A stretch of DNA of 64,000 nucleotides, taken from Camelus ferus (lineage: Eukaryota). The stretch is taken from contig NC_045696.1 of the NCBI RefSeq assembly GCF_009834535.1, positions 25,484,001 through 25,548,000 on the forward strand. The letters run 5' to 3'. Of this stretch, positions 37,101-50,699 are shown one piece after another (within the stretch, counting starts at the first letter, position 1; the number at the start of each line of letters is the position of its first letter). Both the position numbers and the translations under genes were made by a program. Under the pieces are notes generated by a model that was given only the letters and a program-made list of their open reading frames with translations, searched no databases and was not told the DNA's origin.

Positions 37101-39454
37101 TATGACTAGAATGAATGAATGCACTCCCTGATGGTAGTCATAAATGTTTTAGGATTACTCTGTCTTTCAAATTTCCTGCTGATGTATCTTATAAGGCGCA
37201 CAGTTTTTCTTTTTTTTTTTCCATTTTGTTTTGTTTTGTTTTGTTTTTTAATATATATATCTTTTGCATTTTCCTCATTGTGTCTGTTCTGGAGATCAGC
37301 ACAGTGCGGACTATCTCTCTGGTCAGATCTTTTTTTAGTCTCAGCTGCCCCTTTCCATTCAGCTGGTCTTATTCTATACTAACAGAACAACAATTGGAGA
37401 ATAAAAGTCACCATCCTCAATTTAATTAAGCAGATTTCTCCTGTCCTGTGGACTATAGTTCCCACTATCCTGACTGTCCAGTGTATCAAACCTGCAGTGA
37501 CGCTTGTCACATGTTCATTTATTCTTTTTACTAAGAATAAGATTTTTGACTAAAATGTCATCTATTTCTACGGGTATCCTATCTGTGTGATGAAACATAT
37601 TTCAACAAAAATCTTCAGTCTGATGACTGCATGTTATTAATGGAGGACTTGATTAGCACCGTGAGCAGCGTTCACTTCTATTTTCTCTTTCTTTGTTCTT
37701 CCCTCCCCTCAACTATTCTACTTTTCCGTTCAGACTTGAATCAGTGGTTTCTTGGGTAGATGACTATGAGGCACGGAGCAGGAAGAACTTTACAGGATCT
37801 CTAGAAGTTTGCCTACCTTCCTCTGTCTAAAGGATCTTTTACTAAGCTGTGCTGAATACTTTGGAAATTTTGGAGAAGACACCATTAGTTAGTCATTTAA
37901 TAAACTGTCTTATTTCTCTCTTAGAAAACAGAATTTAAGCCCTGTCATTGGACACTCGGCCCATCACTTCTTTTATGAGTGGGATTTTCCTCACTAATTT
38001 TGATGACCAGTGCTGCTGAATACTTTAGTGGATTTTACGGAGGCAGTAGCTGTGATCATTGTGAGAGCGCTGACCTGCCACACCTTTTCCATGCTAAGTA
38101 ACTCAGAACATCTGTTTGCTGCTTGTTCAGAACATTTAAAATGCTTCTCTCAGTGTTTCCATAAGGACCAAGTTGGGCTTTTTAAAATTATTATTATTCT
38201 TGTCCATTACTGAAAAAAAAGCTTGTTGAATGCTAAGTTATATTACTGCTGGGCTAGTTTTGATCTGGGAATTCAAACTAATGATTTCCCGGTATCTTTA
38301 TTACTTGCTTCTTAGTTGTCAATTGTTTATTGTACGTTGCTGGTGTAAAACGTTTGTGATGTGCCTGGCATCAATTACCCTAGGCTCCTATGTTGACTGT
38401 AGATCAACTTAAACTTTTGAACACAGCCAGTGTATCCCTAAGAGACAATATTCTCAATTTTTCCCACATGGCATAATATATGTTATCATAATAGAAAAGT
38501 AAATGCTCACTGTCTGCACTATTAATTACTGTCTCTTAAGTAATGGTTTTTAAACTTAAGTATACCTCAGTAACAACATACATAGAGATTTTAAAATCCA
38601 GATTGTAAAAAAGCAGTTTTTTACTATTTTACCTATTTTTAAAAGTTTTAAAAATGTAAATATGATCCAAAAGTATGCTATTATCTGAAAATTATGTTAT
38701 CCTTATATTTCCAAATTCTCACATTTTTAACACAGAACATTTCTGTTTTTATTTTATATTTGTAAAATATCTTAAATGCTTTGTACTGGAGAAAAATCAT
38801 ATTTACTAATAAATGAGGAATATCTTGTTTGCCATGGACAGTTGGTCCCCATTTATGCATATTTGATGGAAGTAATTCATACCCCTCTCTTAGCCTGTAA
38901 TGACCCTACAGTGACATGGAATAATTCTAACAAGGAAGACAATCACAGGTCTATCAAAAGAATTTTGCCCTCACATTTTTATTCAAATCGTATTTATGTG
39001 GCCCACATGTCAGTCACTTTAGAGAGCAAGAAGTTAATGGCTCAGGTTTTGAATGCATGTTAATCTTTTCAGGCTCTGTGATGCCTTGACCTTTTTGAGA
39101 GCGCCAAAATGGAACCTTTCTGGCCTGGAGCTATTAACTCATCCCCCAAGCACACAGAGGTGGGAATGTACCAGATTTAGGTTCCATAGTTCACATTTTT
39201 CTAGCAAGAGTTGTCATTTTTACTATGAGCCTAAGTAGGCTAAATCAACAATAAATTACAGAACAGTGAAAAATACAGAAAATTGATAACCTCTCTATCG
39301 TCACAACACGAAGTTATCTACTTAATAGATCTTTTTTTACATATTATTTTCAAATAATGCAATATTGGCAGTGTGGTAATTTGTCCTTTACGCAGAGAAT
39401 TAATGTTTGCCTTCAACTTCTTTTATGTTTACATAGTAAAATGGGTCATGTATA

Positions 39455-39598
39455 TAGGATGATCATATACTTTATTGTCTGAATCGGGGTGGGGGGGGGC
39501 GTTGAGAATGAAAGGGAAGAGGGGCTGCTAAAAATTAGGTCAAGACCACAGGGTAAATAATGACCATCCCAGAGAAACTGAGACACTTAGTGACCCGT
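39455..39598 (+). mobile_element. MER94-like hAT-Blackjack MITE
   Basis: taggatgatcatatactttattgtctgaatcggg...ttgagaatgaaaggg...gagacacttagtgaccc; degenerate TAGGGTGACCA TIRs. Confidence 0.7.
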
Positions 39599-40150
39599 TG
39601 CTTGTAAACATCAGCCATCTGAAGCCAAAATGGACCTGGAAATACCCAGATGGGTAAAGGTGGCTCCACGCTGCACTGCCACTTACTCATCCTCTTTGCT
39701 CCAGTGAGATTTCAGTGCCTTAAGCTCTGTGAGAGTGATGCAGAGAAAAATTTCACATTGATTTCTCATATATATAATTTGCTATATTTATGAAATAAGT
39801 TTTTATTTTCCATCTTTGTAGGGTCATAACTTAATCTCAATGGAAATAGTGTGTTGATATACGAAAATATTTCATACCAACTCAAAAATAAGATATGTCT
39901 TCATTGCTATATAATAGCCATAGAATCCTGAAAATCCTCATAAACCTTTATCCACAGCATAGACGGTACCTCTAAAAGTCTGACTCCAGTTTTGTGACAT
40001 TGAGTTTAATAAAGGTATCTATCTATTTATCTGCACTGTAATTAGAATACATAACTTTCCTATTTCTCCCCCTTCTAGAATTTACAAACAAGATAAAACT
40101 GGTGGATTTGCACTAAAAATTTCCATGTATTGGAAGTTAAAATGTTTCAC

Positions 40151-40230
40151 CCTCTAATACCATTACATTGGGGGTTAGGATCTCAACATATGAATTTTGG
40201 GTGGGGGATGCAAGCATTCAGTTCATAACA
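40151..40230 (-). mobile_element. MLT1A/B LTR 5'-end fragment
   Basis: aataccattacattgggggttaggatctcaacatatgaattttgg...cattcagttcataaca. Confidence 0.85.
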
Positions 40231-42293
40231 CTTGCTCATAATGAAGAAAGGAAATTGTTATTTTTGTTGTTGCTTTTTTCAGGTAAATAAACAATGAGAG
40301 ATGTCTTTTATTTGACTGCATACCAGTGACTCATATGTAGGTACCCACTATGGTCTCACCAAGTTGGTAGTCAAATACAATGGTTAGGAGAGTTAACTCT
40401 AATCTCATATCACCCAGAAAAATGAATGTCTACCTCAGTTTCCATAGCAGACATATCACTATTGGTGTATATCTGTCACCCAATCCTCTGCTATTACCAA
40501 CTGAGTGAGAAGTTTTGATAGCCTTCTACACTGATCACTGGGTTCTCCGTCACTGTGAGCACACACTTAGGGAGAAGTCAAAGTTTCTTCTCAAGATGAT
40601 GTAGATTCCTTTGTCTACCAAGTTTCCACTGAAATACAGAAATGTCAGTAAATTGCTTGTATAAGGGGCCCTACGGCCTGCACCCTGTCCTGTAAATATG
40701 GATTCTGCATTATGGCCAGCCCGAGAGAACGTGAGACTAGCAGACAGTAGAGGGTTGGATATTAAGGGGCTTTCCCAAGGAAGGAAGCAAAAGGGTCTGA
40801 AAAGCTACAGTTTGCTCAGGAATATCTCTAATCAAATGTGCAGGGAGTGCTGATTATTTTTGCCCAACACAGATGTGTAATAAACAAGGGGCTTCTAAAA
40901 TTAGAATCACTTGGGCTGTCACGAGAGCACAGGCCGAGAAGCAGCATGAAGTTCAGTTCAGGTCCCTTCTCGTACGTCACTCAGTTCCAAGTACCCGCTG
41001 CCTGGGCCAGGAAACTCCTCAGGGCCTCCTGCTCCCCAGGCCTGGAATAGTGCCTGCAGTCTCTGCTGCCTGTTTTTCTATTGCTCAAAACACTTCATCT
41101 TGAGAAACTCCCAAGTCAGCCTAATCAGGAGTAGAAATTCACCAAAGAATGTGGATCAGTTAAAGAAAAACTCACATGCTTTTTACTGAGGGTAATTCTA
41201 TTATAAAAGAAATGCAGGAAGACAGGGAAAGGCTAACGCAAGTGGTTTTACTCGTAACATGTTCTTCTAGTCGTTAATGTTTACAAAGGCATCCTAAAGT
41301 CATTCCAGACATCACTGTCATAGAGGGAAGAAAGGAAGGGAGAATGAAGAGGGGAGAGGGAGAGAGAAAAGAAAAGGAAAATAGAAAAAAAAAAAAAAAA
41401 AAGGAAGAAATCTCTGTAGGACCTCAGTCTGATGATCAGAGAAAACTCTTCAAGCATCTTTCAAAATATTTCCCAGCACACACTGAGAATCCTCAGCAGG
41501 AAGTAAGTCATGGAGACACTAAAACTCAGCTGCCTTAAAATAAATTTAGTAAACCATTTATATCTTTACTATAGGAAAGGAAAAAATCTAAATCAGCTAC
41601 CTTTAGGGAAACATATTAAACTAATTTGTTTTAACACCAACACAGCAGGGAAAAACCAAAATAAAGCTGTGACCAGCGAATAAACAAGCCCCACAGTGGG
41701 GAAAGAAGAACTTAAGACAAAGAAAAGAGAAAAAGAGTCTGTATTAAAAAAAGAAGAAAAGGAGCTGTAACCTTGGAAATAACTGCAATTTTCATATAGC
41801 CTGAAAATTGCATGATTGTGCTTTTAGGAGAAAATATTTATTCAGCATGTTGGTTTACTTATGAGCATACTATTCTGTGTCTGGGGTTTTTGAACTCATA
41901 TTCATCAATTTCCTTTAATAGGCCATTCTCTTCATGCTATCTCATATTTGGCCAGTCCTACACTTATCTTATTTTGGAGATATATATATCTTGGTTTCAT
42001 ATCTCAGTTATCACTATGAAAGTATCTAAAGATTTTTTTTTCTTTACATAGCAATTGAAATTGTGTATTCAGGATTGTATTTATGGCTGACACTGAAAAC
42101 TTCTGGGAGGGAAGGGTCTCTTACAGACCAACTTCTGTGTACATACTACTAGATTGCGTTAATACTGCATGAAAAACTATTGACATACATCTATTTTTAA
42201 AGATATTCGGCCAAGAGGATTACCTCCACAATGCTAAACTGCTAGAATTTTTTTTTTCCTAAAATCTAAACTAGTCACTTTCATTGATATTTG

Positions 42294-42359
42294 TGTTTTT
42301 ATTTTTTCCAATTTTCTTATGTTTTTATTTCTTCCAATTTTCTTATGTTTTTATTTCTT
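42294..42359. repeat. 26-bp tandem repeat, 2.5 copies
   Basis: Unit tgtttttatttcttccaattttctta; first copy has one mismatch. Confidence 0.95.
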
Positions 42360-42823
42360 ATAGAAAACAGTCCACATTGCTGTTCTTAAATACAGTGTTT
42401 ATATTTCTTTGGGAGAAATTCTGGTAGTAGTTCTGTCATTCCACCTATTAAATGATCAGTGCAGAAGCAGGATCATTTTTTGAAATGTATGAGATATAAA
42501 TCATTTCATCGTCAGCCCTCTCTTTAAAATTTTTCTGAAGGATTTTGTCTTTGATGTGTCGCCTGTTATCTAACAGATTGTATAGTGTTTCATGCTACGT
42601 GGACCCCTAGCATTCTGTGTTCAACTAAGAGCTGTAAATACATGCCAGAAAATGGGAGAAGTTTGCAACTAAGTAGGTTGTCATCATCTCATGAAGAAGT
42701 AGTCTTTATGGCTAACAAGAACTCAGTGGTTGCACGTAATGCTGTTTGAATGTTTAGATAATTTAGATGTCAGTTATTAAGTGGCTTGATGTAGACATAA
42801 ATCCCTACATGTGTGATGGCCTG

Positions 42824-43188
42824 TGTCTTAGTTCAGGCTGTGATAACAAAGTACATAGCCTGGGTTGCTTATAAACAACAAAATATTTTTCTCACTATTC
42901 TGGCAGCTCGAAGTTTGACACCAGGGTGCAGGATGATCGAGTTCAGGTGAGGACCCTCTTCTTAGTGGCAGACTGGTAATTCCTCAGTGTATATTTACAT
43001 GGCAGAAAGCTAAGAGGGAAAGTAAACTCTCTCCTGACTCTTATAAAGGCATTAATCCCATTCAAAAAAGTTCCACCCTCATGACATTATCTAATCCTAA
43101 TTACCTCCCAAAGTCTCTACCTTCCACTATCATCACATGGTGGGGTAGAATCTCAGCTAATGAATTTGAGGGGAACACATACATTCAG
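42824..43188 (-). mobile_element. MLT1A-like LTR
   Basis: tgtcttagttcaggctgtgataacaaag...ctaatcctaattacctcccaaag...gaatttgaggggaacacatacattcag. Confidence 0.9.
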
Positions 43189-43482
43189 AAATTTCCAGAG
43201 TCCAGAACTATAATGGGATGCAGATACTAGACGTGATACAACACCTGCATGGTGTTCTAGATGAGCATCCAGTAATCAAACATGATGTTCAGTAAAATGA
43301 TGGATGTTTGTAAAGTATCAAATATAATGACTGTATGTAACTTCTTTCAGTTGAGGTCACACGTGTTACTGAGTTAGCCTGGGTCAGGCTAGGTTTTGCC
43401 ACAAAGCAAATTATATGGAAAATAATACCAGTTTTCAGAGATTTTGGATTTTGGAAATATGAATAATGGATTGTGTACATTT
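43189..43482 (+). mobile_element. TcMar-Tigger non-autonomous element (main part)
   Basis: gcatccagtaatcaaacat...ggttttgccac...gttttcagagattttggattttggaaat...ggattgtgtacat (Tigger-type end). Confidence 0.65.
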
Positions 43483-44284
43483 ACCAGCTCTGAAATATAT
43501 GCAAGGAAAAGAGGGTTATTTACTAAATACTTATGATTCAATAATAGTTGAAGGAAATTTACCTTCATTATATCATGTAATCCTCAAATTAAGTCTGAGA
43601 TGTATGAGTCATTACATCTGAATGAGTTATCCATCTCAGAAGTGGAGACCCCCTCGAGAACCAAGTTCTGTCCTAAATTCTTTGCATCTGCCACTAGAGC
43701 TACCGCATGCTGCTGAGAATACTTCCACTTGGTTGTGTTCCTTTTATATTTATGAGGGACCCAGAACAGCATTAAGAGTCCAATAAATACTCAGTGAATA
43801 TCAACCAGTTATCAACTAGCTTCAGCCATTAGGTAGCTCTGGCCTTTTATAGAGCCTTTTATTCCAGTTTATTCCAGTTCTATTTGCACAGGGTCAGGGA
43901 GCCCAACTTTAGAACAATTATGTTCTTAATAGTATCAGTTTTCACAAACTGTTAATGCAACTGTAGCATGCATAAAGTGGAGAGGGGAAGTCATATAAAA
44001 GAACCTAGTCTAGATATGTTTAAGTAAACTTATACATAAACTTAATGGGGTGTACACACAAATAATTTTTGTATATCTAAAGCCCTTTAAAATAAAACAA
44101 TGATTAAAGATACTAAAAATGAGGAAAACATTAATCATCTAAAGTATTTTAAAAAGCACATGATTTTTAAAGTGAAATTGATTTGTTGACTTATGACTCA
44201 AGCATTTTTAATAATTTTTACTTAGAATCTTATATTAACTACAGCTTTTCACCTCAACTTTCCTCTTTACTAAGCTTTTTTAGA

Positions 44285-44300
44285 GCTCCCTCTACTGTTC
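44285..44300 (-). promoter_or_regulatory. Candidate CTCF site
   Basis: Minus strand GAACAGTAGAGGGAGC vs core CCAGTAGAGGGCGC; motif only. Confidence 0.3.
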
Positions 44301-45639
44301 AAACATCAACATGTTCATTGAAATTTATTAAGGAAGGTAATCTGGTTTAGATAACATACAACTTGCTGAAGATCTATTTATAATCTGAGCAAGAATAGTT
44401 ATCTTCAGTCAAGAAGGTGAATTTCCCTCTGTACCTGTTTAAAGTTATCTAACTAGTTATTAAGCACTGTTCCTCAAATAATAAAAATTGTTTTATAGTA
44501 GAATATATGGATACATTTCAAAGTTTTACTATGTCCCTGCTTTATCTGTAAATATCTTATTTTCTTAGTCAATTCATGTATAACAAAAATGCCTCATAAA
44601 GAATGTAATAAGAAACATCCTGAAGTTTACATAGTGTAAATTAAAGGAGGCTTAAAATATTATGTGCTTTATAACTCCAGAAGGTGAGCAGTGTGTCATG
44701 TTTGCATAAATGATGTAAAATTATGTAAGTTCTTTTCATCTTTAAAATGTTTGAAGGCTCACAACTTCTAAGTGAGTTAAATAAATGTTAAGTATTATCC
44801 AGGATTATGTAAAAGAAACTCAGAAATACTAACACAGCATTAAATTCACAAAAGAAAATATTCTCAAAAGCAAACTTGTATGCTCTTGGTCAAGTTAGAT
44901 GTTATAAGACAAAATTTTCCTTATCAGAATTTATATAGTGAGTGCGAAGGTTTCCTATTATTGGGGAAATGTGTAAATTTCAGATTGTCCCTTACTTAAA
45001 ATAAAATGTTTTCCTGATTGTGATTTAATAATAATTACTAAAATATGAAAAGTCATACCTTTTTAATAAAATACCAAGACTATCTATGGGACTTGGAGAT
45101 TTTTATACCAAGACACTGAGAAACAAAATGGTAAATCCATGAGATCAAATCATCAAAGTGTAAAGCCCCAATTAAGATAATGGTAGTTCATTAATTCAAT
45201 AATTCAAAAGACAAAGTACAATAAGATAAAGCTTAGCAGTTAAGAATATACATTAGTTACACATTTCTCTAATGAACCCATATTTAACATTACATAATTA
45301 ATTAGTCAGGAAGTACCAGGAAACTTTAAGTGAAATTATATTAACCTGTAGAGAGAAAAAGTAATTTATAACTTACATCTCCATTTTGGAAATAGAAAAA
45401 AAATTTTTTTTTTTTCCAGAGTTCAGAAGGCTGGTGTTTTTCAAACCATCAGTGAGTGTCATTTATACATTCTAAAGAATTTTAAAAACTGAAAGATGGA
45501 GTCATAGCCTCCAAACTAGAGTCATAGAACTGTCATAGACCTTAAGAAATAGTATTTCAGACTCTGGTTTTTTGATAGATATGTTTTCTGTATATTCAAG
45601 CAAAAGAAAAAGGAAGAATTTGGGGTGCATGCCCACTTC

Positions 45640-45880
45640 CTTATTTAGCAAATGCTTACACAGTACTTATTATATGCCAACACTTTAAACACTTTAATAA
45701 ATACAAATACAAACATATCGAAACCTCGTAACAGGTAAGTACTATCGTTACCCTTATTTTACAGATAAAGATATTGAAACATACAGAAGTTTGAAGACCT
45801 CACAACTAGAAATTAGGGAAGCTAATAATTAAACCAGAGCATCTGGCTTCGAGTCTGTGCCTTTAATAACTGTATCATGT
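45640..45880 (-). mobile_element. MIR SINE
   Basis: ccttattttacagataaagatattgaaac...cacaactagaaa...catctggcttcgagtctgtgc. Confidence 0.8.
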
Positions 45881-46649
45881 TCATATCTCTTTACTCCTTC
45901 CTGGTAAAAGGTGGATTTTTTATGAAATCACAAGGCTGGAGTTGGATTAGTGTGAATTAAGGGTTTGGTCCTATTGTTAACTGGAGGAAGGTACACAATG
46001 CATTATTTTCTATCCTCCACATTTTGGTTAAAATCCCATTTACTTAAAAAATATGCTCAAATACTATCCGGAGAGATTGATCTGCTGTCTTAAAAATTTG
46101 CAGGAGTCCTCCCCACCTACCTCTTGGTATCCTCATGCAGAAGTGAATGCTTAGTGTCTTCAAAAAGTGAATAAACTTCTAAAGGGGATTGCAGTTTTGT
46201 GCATAAGTACAGATAGGCACATTTCAGGAGAAAGACTGCCATATCGTCCTTAGTCACAGATTAATATATGATCTAAAAATGGTTAAGAACTGCAGAAAGC
46301 AAATTCCAGCTCCTTCAGGGGAGATTGTGAGCAGCCTCTTGCTCCACACCACCTGATTCCACAGTGTTGTCTGTCCTACCCTCAGGACACAGTGGAGTCT
46401 GTTATTCCTTGAACAACACTATGCAGTCTTAGAAGTCTGAGTCCCAGGTCTTTCAGCACTGCTGCCCACCCTCCCTTCTTCCTCCTGCTCCTTTGGACCA
46501 CTTTCTTCATTTGTGCAGTAAGAATCCACCAAATTCATGTTTTTATTTTTGTTTGGGGGTGCAGGGTTGTCTGTTTTGTTGAAGTATTGAATTAATTTAA
46601 TTAGTTTAGAACTTAGATATTGCCTGGGACAGAATAAGTTTGTTCTTAC

Positions 46650-46850
46650 TGTATAGTTCAAAGGCTACGACTTTGAAATCAAACAAATCTGGATTAAGAT
46701 CTAATTTTTTGCCCCGTATCAGCTATGTAATTTGGGTAATTTGACTAATATTTCTAAAACTCAGTTTCCTCTACAAACTGGGTATGATAATAGCTATTTC
46801 ACTGGGTTGTGTTGACAAATCAACGTAAAAGTTATCTAGAAGTGCCCTTT
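46650..46850 (+). mobile_element. MIR SINE
   Basis: gactttgaaatcaaacaaatctggatt...ctcagtttcctctacaaactggg. Confidence 0.75.
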
Positions 46851-46923
46851 TGAAATTCTACCAGAGAATTATCAAACACTCCACCTAAGAGTCACCTGGA
46901 GTCCTAGGAAATTGTAACTTCTG

Positions 46924-46999
46924 TTTTTAATTGAAGTAGAGTTGATTTACAATGTTGTATTAGTTTCTGGTGTACAGCAAGGTGATTCATATATATATA

Positions 47000-47054
<55 letters not shown>

Positions 47055-47690
47055 TTTTTCATATTCTTTTCCATTGTGGTTTATTAAAAGATATTAAATA
47101 TAGTTCCCTGTGCTACACAGTAAGACCTTGTTGTTTATCTATTTTATTTGATAGTTTGTATCTGCTAATTCCAAACTCCAAATTTATCCCTTCCAGACCC
47201 CCTTTCCCCTTTGGTAACCATAAGTTTGTTTTCTAAGTCTGTCAGTCTGTTTCTGTTTTGTAAATAAGTTGATTTGTATCATATTTTAAATTCCATATGT
47301 AAGTGATATCATATGGTATTTGTCTTTCTCTGACACTTCACTCAGTATGATCATCTATAGGTCCATCCATGTTGCAGCACATAGCATTACTTTATTCTTT
47401 TTTATGGCTGAGTAATATTCCATAACATACACGCGCGCGCACACACACAAACATACACACACACACACCCCACTTCTTTATCCATTCATGTATTGATGGA
47501 CATTTATGTTGCTTTCATGTCCTGGCTATTGCAAATAGTACTATGAACATTACGGGGTATGTATCCTTTTGAATTAGGGTTTTCTCCAGATATATGCCCA
47601 GGATTGGGGTTGCTGGATCATATGCCAACTCTATTTTTCATTTTTTAAGGAACCTCCATGCTGTTTTCCATAGTGGTTTCACCAATGTAC
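46924..47690 (-). mobile_element. Cetartiodactyl/camelid L1 3' end (~770 bp) with internal (TA)n
   Basis: ttaattgaagtagagttgatttacaatgttg...aggtccatccatgttgc...aggaacctccatgctgttttccatagtgg; diverged TSD aggaaattgtaacttctgttt / agggaattgtgacgttgttt. Confidence 0.95.
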
Positions 47691-48149
47691 AGGGAATTGT
47701 GACGTTGTTTCATTTACTATTGATTAAAACCAGACTGTAAAGTTAGATATTACGTTTTAGAAGATTGATAAGTAAAGCATGATTTCTGGCCACTGGAAAA
47801 GATAACCTCAAATGTTACATATTTATTGCCCTGTATAATGTTAACCAATTTTGTATCTAATTTTGCAACATTATCCCTGAGATGTTTTTTCCCACTGACT
47901 TGATTTTAAGCAGACTATTTTATTCTTTAAAATTGCTTTATCATCTTGCTACTTCCCTCATTAATTAATTTATTTTTTAATCTTCTACAGGAACTCATTA
48001 TATATATTTTTTATGAGTCTTTTTTTTTAACTTTCTATACTTCAGTACAAGTAGCTAAGTAAGTGCTTTAAAAATTATTTGATTACTTAATTCCTGGACA
48101 TTTTTGTAAAAATCCACCACATGGAGATATTCTTGCTCTCTTCACAAAC

Positions 48150-48480
48150 AAAATGCCCTTTAAAAGCTTATCCTCTTATTATTACCCAGCCAGCCTCCTC
48201 GGCCTAGTTTTAAATGCTTTCTTCTTCAGGGAGTCTTAACTAATTCCACAAATCAGAAGTGACTGCTCTCTGTGTCCCATAGCATTCTCTTCGTCATTGA
48301 AATTAATCATGATTATTTGTGTATATGAGTTAACTCCCCTGATGAACTGGCGTGTATTTGAGAGCAGAGATTGTATCTTGTTCATCATTTAATACAAACC
48401 ATTCCCCACACTGAGCTTTGCCTTAGCAAATGTAGAATAATAAATATTTGTTTATTAGAATTAGGTATGAAAAGCAATGA
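48150..48480 (+). mobile_element. L2 3' end
   Basis: ttgagagcagagattgtatcttgttcatc...aataaatatttgttt. Confidence 0.7.
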
Positions 48481-49017
48481 AATGAATCAATTAAATTTAT
48501 TAAAATGACAAAATTATTCAGACTAGGGGGATGGGTAATATAATAAAGTCAGGGAATTGATCACCAGTAAAATATAGAGAGTAAAAAAGTACAGAGGTTC
48601 TTTTATTATGCAATCACATAGACTTATAAAGCCCTAATTACCGATAGTAAAATAATAAGAAAAAAACATAGAAAGTAAACTCATTCTGGAGATTGTTCTC
48701 TTTAAATAGCATACAACTTCTAAGTGCATAAAAACTCGATACTAGCAAGAGTCTGTCTTTATTACCTAAAACCGCATTCCCTTTATAGCTTCAAGTTATG
48801 GAATAATATAAAGAAATCATTTAAATATTGATTGATCATCAACAAATTTATCATTACTGACAGTGAATATGTGGCTAATCACATCCCTGATGCACACTAT
48901 TTTTCTGTCTGTAAAGTTAAAACATACCACCTTCCTATCATAGAAAAATATTATGAATATGAGCTGTGCTCCTAGGGCTTCAAGGAGAAATGAATTATAT
49001 ACACCTGTGTAATAGAA

Positions 49018-49175
49018 TATGTCTTCTCAAACTTTAGTGTGTATACAGATCTCCAGGGAATCTTGTTACCATGCAAATTCTAATTTAGTATGTCTAGAGT
49101 GACACCAGGAGATTCTACATTTCTCATAAGCTCCCAGGTGCTGCCAATTCTGCTGGTCCAAGGACCAACCTTTTT
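49018..49175. mobile_element. MER5-family hAT-Charlie MITE
   Basis: ttctcaaactttagtg...atgcaaattct...gagattctacatttctcataagctcccaggtgctgcc...tgctggtccaaggacca. Confidence 0.85.
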
Positions 49176-50699
49176 TGTCAACTCACCTTTAATAATTTCC
49201 CTTTTTTTCACATTTTTATATATTTTTAATATGTAATATAATATAGAAGGTCATTTAAAAAATGGAAAATTCTTCAAGGTAAACCCCTATATTTGCTTCT
49301 CTCCTACTTCTATAAAATAATTATTTGTATTACTTTAAAATATTTCTAGTTAGTAAACAATGCTTTACTTTTGAGCACTCAAAGTAATATGTCTAAGTTC
49401 CATAGTCATATTAAAACAATTAACCATGTATTTTCATGATATTCTGTAATAACCATGGTAATTATATTATCATTTAAAATAGTCAAACTGGACAGCAGGA
49501 AATTATAAAATGATATGTTATTTGTCATAGGCAGATATCTTTGTTTCTTTGAAGGTAAAAGAGTATAACAGACAAAAAGTTTGAGAGGGATCTCCCCCCA
49601 CCTTGAAACAATAAATGTAAGATGTTCTCTATAGAGAGCAGACAATTCACCTTTTATTTTTGTTTTGAAAGGTTAAATAAATATTTATTTTATGGTCATA
49701 TCTATAACTCACTTGTCCAACCCAAATTAGTATGCTAAAGTAGTTAGTTTAAAATTCATATTTTAACTAGGAAATTGTCAGTCATAAACCAATCCTACAA
49801 TAAACTCTTCTATAAAATTTCTGAGAAAATTTAATTTAGTTGAGTTTTTAGGTTTGGGGTGTGTGTATATGTGTGTGTGTGCATGTTCATGAAAGGATTT
49901 TAATGACCACTTCTCATTTTACCTAGAATATGCTACACTTTTTTTAGATGAGATATTTTCAAATTCTCAATACAAGTGGAAGAATTTATAATTCATTCAA
50001 ATGAATATATTAGTGATAAGAATTTCAGGATAAAATGGAGTTTATAAGTATTTAGGGGCATCTAATTAGAATTCTACTGCTTAAGAATATACCGTATGTG
50101 TGTTAACTGTACAGTCATTCTTAATCTGTGTATGGATTATATTTGAGTGGAAGAATTCTTATATTTGAAAATTACCTGTCACGACAAACAGCATGCTCCA
50201 TGTTAATTCCCTTTTGAATTACTAAGTAAACGCAAATGTAGCATATAAATAATATGCAACAGCATGCATTAGTGCATCGTGTACTGATGGGAACTCTTCT
50301 TAGAACATTTGAGCAGCAGCTGTATCAGCCTGGCTCACATCACTCATGTACTTCTTTACATGGAGGATAGATTTACGGATGATATAATACTCCCTACAGT
50401 GCAAGAATCTTGAGACTGTGACCCTGTATAATCTTTAAATCCAATCAGTTTGTTCTGTTTTAATCTAATTTTCTAGCTGCTCAACGCCTTCTATTTTTGT
50501 CAGTGGACCACATATCATCTGTGTATTATTGGTATAATCAGGAAGGCTACACTTTACTGAGGTCTTAAAAGCTTTCAAAAGCTAGTTGAGGATGTGACTT
50601 TATTTTTAACTCCCATTTTTTAAAAAACAGATTTGAAACTCTTTATTCTTTATGTATTATTTCTTTCTTATTTTTCAGTTCACCTAAATCACTTTCAAA

